This document shows, one piece after another, positions 56,557 to 64,000 of a stretch of DNA of 64,000 bases. The notes under the pieces are model-generated. The model searched no databases, was not told the DNA's origin, and saw only the letters and a program-made list of their open reading frames with translations. Source of the stretch: an uncultured Thiomicrospira sp. (GTDB lineage Bacteria; Pseudomonadota; Gammaproteobacteria; CAKMZV01); NCBI GenBank assembly GCA_965195345.1, contig OZ239628.1, positions 1,840,977 through 1,904,976 of the forward strand, written 5' to 3'. The translations under genes were made by a program, and so were the position numbers. The stretch's first letter is position 1. Every line of letters starts with the position of its first letter.

Positions 56557-56592
56557 AATTACTTTTTCTCTGTTCCTTTATTATTTTTTATC

Positions 56593-56669
56593 TGGCAGGG
56601 GTAGAGGGACTCGAACCCCCAACCTTCGGATTTGGAATCCGCCGCTCTACCAATTGGAGCTACACCCCT
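56593..56669 (-). tRNA. tRNA-Trp (anticodon CCA), CCA 3' end encoded
   Basis: Hand-folded from AGGGGTGTAGCTCCAATTGGTAGAGCGGCGGATTCCAAATCCGAAGGTTGGGGGTTCGAGTCCCTCTACCCCTGCCA. It has a 7-bp acceptor stem with one G-U pair, a D-arm, an anticodon loop U-CCA-A, and a T-arm GGGGG-TTCGAGT-CCCTC. Confidence 0.9.
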
Positions 56670-56689
56670 TCAGGAAATTTTCACCCTAT

Positions 56690-56740
56690 TTCAAGGGCGG
56701 GCGATTATACCGTACAAAAAGAAATAAAATTAAATATTTT
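56690..56740 (-). promoter_or_regulatory. Putative promoter for the tRNA-Trp/secE/nusG unit (perfect -10 TATAAT; weak -35)
   Basis: Minus-strand TATAAT (plus-strand ATTATA at 56704-56709) about 35 nt upstream of the tRNA 5' end, in an AT-rich context (...TTTATTTCTTTTTGTACGGTATAAT...). Confidence 0.2.
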
Positions 56741-56796
56741 TAAAATACTGAAACTTACCTTTTATTTGTGCACTTTATCTTTGGAGTCTATTGTTG

Positions 56797-57393
56797 TTAT
56801 TTTTTTTCGGTATTTTCTCGTTCCGACTCTGAATCAGCCTTTTCTTTTGCTTGAGTGCTCTCAGAAGAGGCCTGTTCATCATCAGCTGCAACCGTTTCTT
56901 CAATATTTTCCTCTACTGCCTCAACGGCAGCTTCTTCAGAAGTAACGGTTTCAACAGGTTTTTGTTTTTTAGCTTTTTCTACAGCAGGTTGTTCGATTTT
57001 CTTGGTCTTTTTTTCTTCTGGCGCACTAGACTCATCAACACTGTCAAGCAAAATAACCCAAGCCATAGGTGCTGAGTCAGACTTTCTAAATCCCGCCTTA
57101 AGAACGCGAATATAACCACCTGGACGATCGTTAAATCGAGGACCAAGCTCTGCAAATAACTTACTTACTATTCCTCGCGAACGAAGGCGATTAAAAGCCA
57201 ATCTTCTATTAGCTACAGTGTCTTTTTTAGCAAGAGTTATTAGTGGTTCTGCTACTCGACGAAGTTCCTTTGCCTTTGGCAAGGTGGTCTGAATTCTTTC
57301 ATGTTCTATTAATGAAAGCGCTAAATTTCTAAACAGTGCCTTACGACTCGAGGCATCTCGATTCAACTGGCGACCGGAATTACGATGACGCAT
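56797..57393 (-). CDS. rplQ: 50S ribosomal protein L17 with an acidic C-terminal extension
   Basis: 198 aa. The first ~125 aa align with L17 ([23 protein letters not shown]...). An extra ~70 residues rich in E, K, A and S follow. Confidence 0.9.
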   Translation of the reverse strand: MRHRNSGRQLNRDASSRKALFRNLALSLIEHERIQTTLPKAKELRRVAEPLITLAKKDTVANRRLAFNRLRSRGIVSKLFAELGPRFNDRPGGYIRVLKAGFRKSDSAPMAWVILLDSVDESSAPEEKKTKKIEQPAVEKAKKQKPVETVTSEEAAVEAVEENIEETVAADDEQASSESTQAKEKADSESERENTEKK

Positions 57394-57425
57394 ATCTTAT
57401 CCTATTTATTACAGTCTGGTAAAAA

Positions 57426-58430
57426 CTAAATTTGTTCAACTTGCCGAATTTTACTCGGTGGCCAATTCTCTATTTTTGTCCCTAGTTCAAGGTCCATTTC
57501 AACGAGCAATTTTTCAATCTCTGTAAGTGATTTCTTTCCAAAATTTGAAATTCTCAATAGATCAGATCTTGATTTCTGCACTAAATCACCAATATAAGAG
57601 ATGCTAGCATTTTTCAAGCAATTCGCAGATCGAACAGTCAATTCAAGATCGTCGACTGGGCGCAAATAAATCGGATCAACTTCTGCCTCCACTTCTTCAT
57701 GCTTAGGCCTTTCAAAAGCTTTGATATCAACAAAAGACATCAACTGTCGATGCAATATATTTGCCGCTTTACAAATAGCATCTTTGGGTTTTATTGTCCC
57801 GTTTGTCTCTAAATTTATGACGAGCTTATCAAGGTCATTACGTTGATCAACACGCACGTTATCTACTGTGTAATGTACTCGTCGAATCGGGCTATATAAT
57901 GCATCAATCTGTAATGCGCCAACGTCCACTGTAGTCGAGTCTTCCTGCATCAGTTTTCTTGTGTTAATTGTCTCAAAGCCGATTCCACGAACGACTTTCA
58001 AGACGGCATTAAATGAAACCTTTTTATTCAATTTAACCAATACCAGCTCTGGATTAGTTATTTCAACATTATGCGGCAATTCAATATCTGCAGCAGTAAT
58101 GACGCAAGGGCCTTGTTTACTGACTTTTAGCTCAGTAATATCGCTTTCACCGTGCATAACTACAGCAACTTCTTTCAAATTTAGCAAGATATCAAGCACA
58201 TCCTCTTGAACACCATCTATCGTTGAATATTCGTGATCCACTCCATCAATCTTAGCACTTACTACCGCTGAACCTGGAATTGATGAAAGCAAAACACGGC
58301 GCATAGCATTCCCCAATGTATGCCCAAATCCTCTTTCTAAAGGTTCCAAAACGACCGTCGCTCTAAATTCATCCGTTTCTTTGATCTGTGAAAAATCGGG
58401 GGTTAGAAATTTCTCTATATTTGTCTGCAT
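57426..58430 (-). CDS. rpoA: DNA-directed RNA polymerase subunit alpha
   Basis: 334 aa. Conserved N-terminal domain and C-terminal domain. Confidence 0.95.
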   Translation of the reverse strand: MQTNIEKFLTPDFSQIKETDEFRATVVLEPLERGFGHTLGNAMRRVLLSSIPGSAVVSAKIDGVDHEYSTIDGVQEDVLDILLNLKEVAVVMHGESDITELKVSKQGPCVITAADIELPHNVEITNPELVLVKLNKKVSFNAVLKVVRGIGFETINTRKLMQEDSTTVDVGALQIDALYSPIRRVHYTVDNVRVDQRNDLDKLVINLETNGTIKPKDAICKAANILHRQLMSFVDIKAFERPKHEEVEAEVDPIYLRPVDDLELTVRSANCLKNASISYIGDLVQKSRSDLLRISNFGKKSLTEIEKLLVEMDLELGTKIENWPPSKIRQVEQI

Positions 58431-58498
58431 TCCCTGCTCCGTTAAACTGTTACGTTATGTGTTCTATCTTAATTAAGAAAATTGTATTTTTTAAAGAC

Positions 58499-59119
58499 TT
58501 ACTTTGAATAAAGTTCTACAATTAAGTGCTCTTCAATTTCGCTCGGCAAGTCAGAACGATCGGGATACCGTTTAAATGTTGCGTGCATTTTCTTTGCGTC
58601 AACTTCAATCCATTCAGATCGAGGTGTTTGCTCAGCAATTTCAAGAGCAGTTTGTATTCTTTGTTGCCCTTGCTTACTTAAGCGCACGCTGACTTCATCA
58701 CCTGGGCTTACTTGATACGAAGCAATATTTACTACTGAGTTGTTGACTAAAATCCCTTTATGACTAACTAGTTGCCGTGCTTCAGATCGGGTTGAACCAA
58801 ACCCACAACGGTATACTACGTTATCTAAGCGACACTCAAGCAATTGAAGCAAATTCTCACCAGTTGAACCTTTGCGTCGTGATGCTTCTTTATAATAATT
58901 TCTGAATTGCTTTTCAAGCACACCGTACATCCGACGTACTTTTTGTTTTTGTCTCAACTGTGTACCATACTCTGTTAGTCTTCCGCCCCTCGCTCCATGT
59001 TGACCTGGAGGTGTGTCTAGTTTGCATTTAGACTCGAGCGTACGAAGACCACTTTTAAGAAATAAATCCACACCCTCTCTTCGAGCGAGTTTGCATTTTG
59101 GTCCAATAAATCTTGCCAT
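58499..59119 (-). CDS. rpsD: 30S ribosomal protein S4
   Basis: 206 aa. [17 protein letters not shown]-terminus. Confidence 0.9.
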   Translation of the reverse strand: MARFIGPKCKLARREGVDLFLKSGLRTLESKCKLDTPPGQHGARGGRLTEYGTQLRQKQKVRRMYGVLEKQFRNYYKEASRRKGSTGENLLQLLECRLDNVVYRCGFGSTRSEARQLVSHKGILVNNSVVNIASYQVSPGDEVSVRLSKQGQQRIQTALEIAEQTPRSEWIEVDAKKMHATFKRYPDRSDLPSEIEEHLIVELYSK

Positions 59120-59134
59120 TATTCTTGTTCTCCT

Positions 59135-59527
59135 TTATACACGACGTTTTTTGGGAGGTCTACACCCATTGTGTGGCATTGGTGTTACATCAGTGATGCT
59201 GGTTACCTTTAAACCAGCAGAATTTAGTGCACGCACTGATGACTCTCGACCAGGACCAGGACCTTTAACTTGTACAGAAACATTCTGAACACCAAATTCT
59301 TTAGCTTTCTCAGCTGCATTATTTGCCGCTATTTGAGCTGCAAAGGGCGTGCTTTTACGAGATCCTCTAAATCCTGAACCACCAGCGGTTGCCCAGCACA
59401 AAACATTGCCTTGAGGATCGCTAATTGTAATGATCGTGTTATTAAACGATGCATGAATGCTAGCAACGGCATCACTAACAATACGATTACGCTTTTTTGA
59501 GCGTACAGCCTTTTTTGTTTTAACCAT
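59135..59527 (-). CDS. rpsK: 30S ribosomal protein S11
   Basis: 130 aa. Conserved S11 sequence. Confidence 0.9.
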   Translation of the reverse strand: MVKTKKAVRSKKRNRIVSDAVASIHASFNNTIITISDPQGNVLCWATAGGSGFRGSRKSTPFAAQIAANNAAEKAKEFGVQNVSVQVKGPGPGRESSVRALNSAGLKVTSITDVTPMPHNGCRPPKKRRV

Positions 59528-59548
59528 GTTTTTATATTCTCAATTTCA

Positions 59549-59905
59549 TTAACGCTTAATAGGACGACGAGGCCCTTTTCGAGTACGCGCGTTGTTTTTA
59601 GTTTTCTGACCTCTTACGGGAAGATTTCGACGGTGTCGAATTCCTCTATAAGTTCCTAAATCCATGAGCCGTTTAATATTCATCGAAACTTCACGCCTCA
59701 AATCACCTTCCACTTTGAATTCAGTGATTACTGTTCGAATACTCTCCAACTCTTGTTCGGTTAGTTCCGAGGTTTTTTTAGATGCCTCAATGCCTACTTT
59801 TGAACAGATTTGTTTTGATAATGTATGACCAATGCCATATATAGATTGCAAAGCAATAACTATGTGTTTTCTGTCCGGTATGTTAATTCCTGAAATACGC
59901 GCCAT
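59549..59905 (-). CDS. rpsM: 30S ribosomal protein S13
   Basis: 118 aa. [11 protein letters not shown]-terminus. Confidence 0.9.
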   Translation of the reverse strand: MARISGINIPDRKHIVIALQSIYGIGHTLSKQICSKVGIEASKKTSELTEQELESIRTVITEFKVEGDLRREVSMNIKRLMDLGTYRGIRHRRNLPVRGQKTKNNARTRKGPRRPIKR

Positions 59906-59918
59906 AAAGTGTTACTCC

Positions 59919-61226
59919 CTATCTTGAAACTTGCGCTTTTTTTAATAAACCTTCATATTGACTGGATAGTAAATGTGATTGCAACTGCGTCATGAAATCC
60001 ATCACAACAACAACTATTATCAATAACGAAGTTCCTCCAAAATAAAAAGGAACGTTCCAGTACAAAATTAAGAACTCAGGCAATAGGCAAACGCCTGCAA
60101 TATAAATAGATCCAGCTAAAGTCAAACGAGTCATAACGCTATCAATGTAGCCTGCTGTTTGCTCGCCAGGTCGAATGCCTGGAAGAAATGCTCCTGAGCG
60201 ACGTAAATTATCAGCTGTCTCTCTCGGATTAAAAACGATCGCAGTATAGAAAAAGCAAAAGAAAATAATTGCACAGCCATAAAACAAGACGTACAAAGGC
60301 TGTCCAGGTCCTAACGTCGTAGCTATATCACGCAACCATTGAAGTGAGTTTGCAGAACCTAACCAATTACCTAACGTCGCTGGAAATAAAATAATACTTG
60401 ATGCAAATATTGGAGGAATTACACCAGCCATGTTTAGTTTTAGAGGAAGGTGGGAAACCTGCCCACCATACATTTTACGTCCACGCTGTTTTTGAGCATA
60501 CTGAACAGTTAGACGTCTCTGTCCCCTTTCTGCAAAAACCACAAAAGCTGTAACCCCTAACGTCAGCGTTAACAGAATAATTAGCAATAAACCGTTCAAT
60601 TCACCTGTTCTTACTAGCTCAAAGGTTCCACCAAGAGCAGAAGGTAAACCAGCAACAATTCCTGCAAAAATGATTAAAGAAATTCCGTTGCCAATACCTC
60701 GTTCAGTAATTTGCTCACCTAACCACATTAAAAATATAGTGCCGGTAAGCAAGGTGATAACTGTCGTTAGTTTAAAGAGCAGTCCCGGTGCAATAACAAC
60801 GGGCAACCCACCTGCACTTTGAGACTCAAGAGCAATTGCAACACCCAGGCCTTGAAAGGTGGCAAGTACAATTGTTCCATAACGTGTATATTGAGTAATG
60901 CGTCTTTGTCCGCTTTGTCCTTCTTTTTTCAATTGTTCCAAACTTGGTACAACCGCGGTCATCAATTGCATAATAATAGAAGCTGAAATATACGGCATAA
61001 CTCCTAATGCAAAAATAGATAGCCTTTCAAGCGCACCCCCAGAAAACATATTAAACATATCAAGGATCGTTCCTCTTTGTTGTTCAAACATAGAGGCTAA
61101 AGCAGTGCCGTCAATGAAGGGAATTGGAATATGCGTTCCAAGTCGATAGACAACAAACGCACCCAAAACAAACAGTATTCTATTGCGCAACTCTGTTGTT
61201 ACTGAGCCCATAGGATTACTAGCCAT
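59919..61226 (-). CDS. secY: Preprotein translocase subunit SecY
   Basis: 435 aa. Ten TM helices with the conserved SecY signature. Confidence 0.9.
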   Translation of the reverse strand: MASNPMGSVTTELRNRILFVLGAFVVYRLGTHIPIPFIDGTALASMFEQQRGTILDMFNMFSGGALERLSIFALGVMPYISASIIMQLMTAVVPSLEQLKKEGQSGQRRITQYTRYGTIVLATFQGLGVAIALESQSAGGLPVVIAPGLLFKLTTVITLLTGTIFLMWLGEQITERGIGNGISLIIFAGIVAGLPSALGGTFELVRTGELNGLLLIILLTLTLGVTAFVVFAERGQRRLTVQYAQKQRGRKMYGGQVSHLPLKLNMAGVIPPIFASSIILFPATLGNWLGSANSLQWLRDIATTLGPGQPLYVLFYGCAIIFFCFFYTAIVFNPRETADNLRRSGAFLPGIRPGEQTAGYIDSVMTRLTLAGSIYIAGVCLLPEFLILYWNVPFYFGGTSLLIIVVVVMDFMTQLQSHLLSSQYEGLLKKAQVSR

Positions 61227-61657
61227 TAGATTACCTTCCCACCATGTTCTTCGATCACTTTTCTAGCGCCAACAGTCACGTGAACACCACTGATGGTGAA
61301 CGCTTTATCAACATTTCCTGAAGCGATTATTCGAGCACGACTTTTATTTCGTTGAATTAAACCAGCATTTTTCAAAGTTTCAACAGTAATCTCGTTTCCT
61401 TCTAATTTTTTCAGCTCAGACAACTTGACTTCAGCTGTAATGCGCGATGTACGTGATGTAAATCCAAATTTTGGCAAACGCATTTGTAATGGCATTTGAC
61501 CGCCCTCAAATCCACGTGCAACATTTCCACCTGAACGAGATTTTTGACCTTTATTTCCTTTACCACAAGTTTTCCCGAGACCAGATGCTGCGCCTCGCCC
61601 TACACGTTTTCTTGCTTTTTTCGAGCCTGCCGCCGGCGATAGTTGATTCAATTTCAT
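61226..61657 (-). CDS. rplO: 50S ribosomal protein L15
   Basis: 143 aa. Gly/Lys/Arg-rich N-terminus typical of L15. Confidence 0.9.
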   Translation of the reverse strand: MKLNQLSPAAGSKKARKRVGRGAASGLGKTCGKGNKGQKSRSGGNVARGFEGGQMPLQMRLPKFGFTSRTSRITAEVKLSELKKLEGNEITVETLKNAGLIQRNKSRARIIASGNVDKAFTISGVHVTVGARKVIEEHGGKVI

Positions 61658-61851
61658 CAGACTTCCTCCACCTTAAGTAAATAAGATACCTTTTTTATCA
61701 TGCCTCTATTTTCAGGAGTATCTAATACTTTTGCTGAACTATTGACACGCCCAAGACCTAAACCTCGAACACATGAGCGATGTTTGGCAAGTCGCCCAAT
61801 CACGCTTTTAATTAACGTAACTTTAAGAGTATTTTCTTGTTGCTTTGCCAT
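61657..61851 (-). CDS. rpmD: 50S ribosomal protein L30
   Basis: 64 aa. [24 protein letters not shown] matches the L30 pattern. Confidence 0.85.
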   Translation of the reverse strand: MAKQQENTLKVTLIKSVIGRLAKHRSCVRGLGLGRVNSSAKVLDTPENRGMIKKVSYLLKVEEV

Positions 61852-61884
61852 ACATTTTTCCTGTTGTATATTTCTTTAAAATTT

Positions 61885-62403
61885 TTAGCGTAATATTTCA
61901 GAAACTTTCTTTCCACGTTTGGCAGCCATAAATTCTGGAGAGTGCATGTCAGCCAAACCTTTCACGGTCGCACGAACGACATTTACTGGATTAGTTGATC
62001 CAATACATTTTGCCACTACATTATGAATGCCAACTGCTTCAAACACAGAACGCATAGCACCGCCTGCAATCACTCCAGTTCCATCAGGAGCTGGTAGCAT
62101 AACTACTCTTGCTGCCCCATGCACTGCTTTAATTGGGTGTTGCAAAGTTCCCTCACGTAAAGGTACCGAGCATAAACTTCTGCGTGCCTGTTGCATGGCT
62201 TTCTTAATAGCAACAGGGACTTCACGTGCCTTCCCTCTGCCGTAGCCAACTTGGCCATTACCATCACCAACAACCGCTAGTGCAGTAAATGAAAAAATAC
62301 GCCCACCCTTGACCACTTTTGCGACTCGGTTGACGCCAACCAGCTTTTCAATAAACCCGTCGCTATTACCGTTTTCAGAAACATTCATATTAGCCAGTGC
62401 CAT
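61885..62403 (-). CDS. rpsE: 30S ribosomal protein S5
   Basis: 172 aa. [19 protein letters not shown] and [11 protein letters not shown] motifs. Confidence 0.9.
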   Translation of the reverse strand: MALANMNVSENGNSDGFIEKLVGVNRVAKVVKGGRIFSFTALAVVGDGNGQVGYGRGKAREVPVAIKKAMQQARRSLCSVPLREGTLQHPIKAVHGAARVVMLPAPDGTGVIAGGAMRSVFEAVGIHNVVAKCIGSTNPVNVVRATVKGLADMHSPEFMAAKRGKKVSEILR

Positions 62404-62411
62404 ATATCCTC

Positions 62412-62765
62412 TTAAAATTTGAGTCCGTTCTCACGAGCCATGTTCGCTAATTCACTTATGCGACCATGATATTTAAAACCACTTCTATCAAAAGCCACCT
62501 CTTCAATGCCAACTTCTTTAGCGCGTTCCGCCAGCAACTTGCCAACTTCTGCAGCAGCCTCTTTATTTCCTGTACTATCCAATCTGGATCGCAAATCTGA
62601 TTCAACTGTTGAACAACAAACCTTAACTTTAGCTAAGTCAGCATCAAATATTTGAGCATAAATATGTTTTGAGGTTTTAAAAACACTCAAACGATGCTTT
62701 CCTGATTGTGCTATTTGAGAACGTGTTTTCAGTGCTCTGCGTATACGTTTAACTTTTTTTTGCAT
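62412..62765 (-). CDS. rplR: 50S ribosomal protein L18
   Basis: 117 aa. Conserved L18 sequence. Confidence 0.9.
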   Translation of the reverse strand: MQKKVKRIRRALKTRSQIAQSGKHRLSVFKTSKHIYAQIFDADLAKVKVCCSTVESDLRSRLDSTGNKEAAAEVGKLLAERAKEVGIEEVAFDRSGFKYHGRISELANMARENGLKF

Positions 62766-62776
62766 TTATTTCCTAT

Positions 62777-63304
62777 CTATTTTTTCTTAACTTCTTTGCG
62801 ACGAATACGCTCATCAGAGTATTTAACACCCTTCCCCTTATAGGGTTCTGGTGGACGGAAAGCTCTAATTTCTGCAGCAGCTTGACCAACTTTTTGCTTA
62901 TCAATACCACTAACCAACACTTCTGTTTGCGAAGGCGTCTGAATTGTCAAATCTCCTGGTATTGGAAAGTTAATGTCATGAGAAAAGCCAAGATTGAGAC
63001 TCAACTTATCACCTTTAACTTGCGCACGATAACCAACACCAACTAATTCAAGTTTTTTCTGAAACTCATTGACCACGCCTAAAACCATGTTATTGATAAG
63101 TGAGCGTTCAGTTCCTGCAAAGGACCATGATTCTTCATTAGCGACACCAATTGTAATTTGTTCAGCATCCATTTGTAATACGACATCGGCGTGCACTTCA
63201 CGTTCTAAAGTCCCTTTTGGCCCCTTCACTCCAATGTGTAATCCGTCAACGGTTACTGTAACGTTTTCAGGTATTTTGATTGGCTGTTTTGCTATTCTTG
63301 ACAT
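62777..63304 (-). CDS. rplF: 50S ribosomal protein L6
   Basis: 175 aa. MSRIAKQPIKIPENVTV N-terminus. Confidence 0.9.
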   Translation of the reverse strand: MSRIAKQPIKIPENVTVTVDGLHIGVKGPKGTLEREVHADVVLQMDAEQITIGVANEESWSFAGTERSLINNMVLGVVNEFQKKLELVGVGYRAQVKGDKLSLNLGFSHDINFPIPGDLTIQTPSQTEVLVSGIDKQKVGQAAAEIRAFRPPEPYKGKGVKYSDERIRRKEVKKK

Positions 63305-63311
63305 GACTTCC

Positions 63312-63710
63312 TTAAGTTACAGTACAAATAATTTCACCACCAACGCCTGCTTCACGAGCTTCGCGGTCATTCATAACACCTTTTGAAGTTGATATGACAG
63401 CAATACCTAAGCCATCAAGAACTTTTGGCAAACGGGTTTTAGGGCTATACACACGCAATCCAAGACGACTGGTGCGTACAATCGTTGTAATCACTGGCTG
63501 ACCTTGATAATATTTAAGTGTCAACGTCAATGATTTCTTATTACTTCCTAATTCTTCTGAGCTAACATCTTGAATATATCCTTCTTTAAGAAGAACATTG
63601 GCAATGCTTTCTTTCATGCGCGAATGGGGCATGCTTACGTTGTTTTTACTTGCCATTTGAGCGTTACGAATACGCGTCAACATGTCGGCAATGGGATCAG
63701 TCATACTCAT
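63312..63710 (-). CDS. rpsH: 30S ribosomal protein S8
   Basis: 132 aa. [18 protein letters not shown]-terminus. Confidence 0.9.
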   Translation of the reverse strand: MSMTDPIADMLTRIRNAQMASKNNVSMPHSRMKESIANVLLKEGYIQDVSSEELGSNKKSLTLTLKYYQGQPVITTIVRTSRLGLRVYSPKTRLPKVLDGLGIAVISTSKGVMNDREAREAGVGGEIICTVT

Positions 63711-63746
63711 GATTATCGATATCCTTTTATTATATAAACTATTTTC

Positions 63747-64000
63747 TTACCAGCTTGACTTCTTCAGACCTGGAATGTTTCCAAACATAGACTGCTCACG
63801 CACTTTATTACGCGATAAACCAAATTTTCTGAAATACCCTTTAGGCCTTCCTGTCATTGAGCAGCGCAAAGTTAGGCGACATGGTGAAGAATCTCTAGGC
63901 AATTTTTGCAATTGTGCCTGTGCCAACATTTTCTCTTTAATCGGTTTGTTATGTGCTTTCAATATGCTACGTAATTGATCGCGTTTAGCAGCATACTTTT
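63747..64000 (-). CDS. rpsN: 30S ribosomal protein S14 (N-terminus beyond the window end)
   Basis: C-terminus ...[51 protein letters not shown]. Reading frame continues to the window edge (...[23 protein letters not shown]...). Confidence 0.85.
   Translation of the reverse strand, partial: KYAAKRDQLRSILKAHNKPIKEKMLAQAQLQKLPRDSSPCRLTLRCSMTGRPKGYFRKFGLSRNKVREQSMFGNIPGLKKSSW

Noticed and set aside
63682-63978. 98-aa plus-strand ORF across the rpsH-rpsN junction
   Set aside because: Antisense to S8 and S14, which are clearly the real genes.

Overview
This 64 kb window looks like a low-GC gammaproteobacterial chromosomal segment; the taxonomic placement is an inference from gene content and AT-rich codon usage and was not computed. 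It is dense with housekeeping genes, and I found no CRISPR array, intact mobile element or obvious defence system.

Gene content in order along the window:
- 1-6417, minus strand: a sarcosine-oxidase-like pair (soxB-like, and soxD-like partial at the edge) lies next to a tightly coupled three-gene split glutamate synthase (amidotransferase, GXGXG and FMN domains as separate ORFs). Together these resemble the N-methylglutamate pathway for methylamine use (mgsABC plus mgd genes). A glucose-6-phosphate isomerase gene (pgi) on the plus strand sits between the two parts.
- 6634-10669: mmsA, an acyl-CoA dehydrogenase and a thiolase, a branched-chain amino-acid catabolic module.
- 10817-13134: a stomatin/NfeD pair and an orphan ABC ATPase.
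- 13321-19517: a LysR regulator, a GNAT acetyltransferase, and a translationally coupled five-gene operon of unknown function. The operon encodes a hypothetical protein with an HxD...H...R motif, an NAD-epimerase-like reductase, an FAH-family hydrolase and two SDR dehydrogenases. This is the best candidate in the window for an uncharacterised pathway.
- 19644-22029: a GT9 heptosyltransferase-like gene, a VOC-family protein and a second GNAT.
- 22247-26923: sufBCDS, with a palindrome just upstream of sufB.
- 26986-43934: an LLM flavin oxidoreductase, an alpha/beta hydrolase, an HPP membrane protein and a second membrane protein, mdh, a YafJ-type amidotransferase, a KefB-like CPA2 antiporter, tgt, purC, a TRAP transporter (Tat-signal DctP plus oversized DctQ and DctM), an EamA transporter, pepA with an unusual C-terminal tail of about 90 aa, and an orphan HlyD-like membrane fusion protein.
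- 44058-44324: a frameshifted and truncated IS3-family (IS407-group-like) transposase OrfA remnant.
- 44665-64000, all on the minus strand: a rearranged ribosomal superoperon. It reads rpsN (partial), rpsH, rplF, rplR, rpsE, rpmD, rplO, secY, rpsM, rpsK, rpsD, rpoA, rplQ, then joins directly to tRNA-Trp, secE, nusG, rplK, rplA, rplJ, rplL, rpoB, rpoC, and ends at the IS remnant.

What is unusual about the ribosomal cluster:
- The expected tuf gene upstream of tRNA-Trp is absent.
- The str operon (rpsL, rpsG, fusA, tuf) and the S10 operon that normally follow rpoC are absent.
- rpmJ is missing from its usual secY-rpsM position.
- L17 carries an acidic C-terminal extension of about 70 aa.
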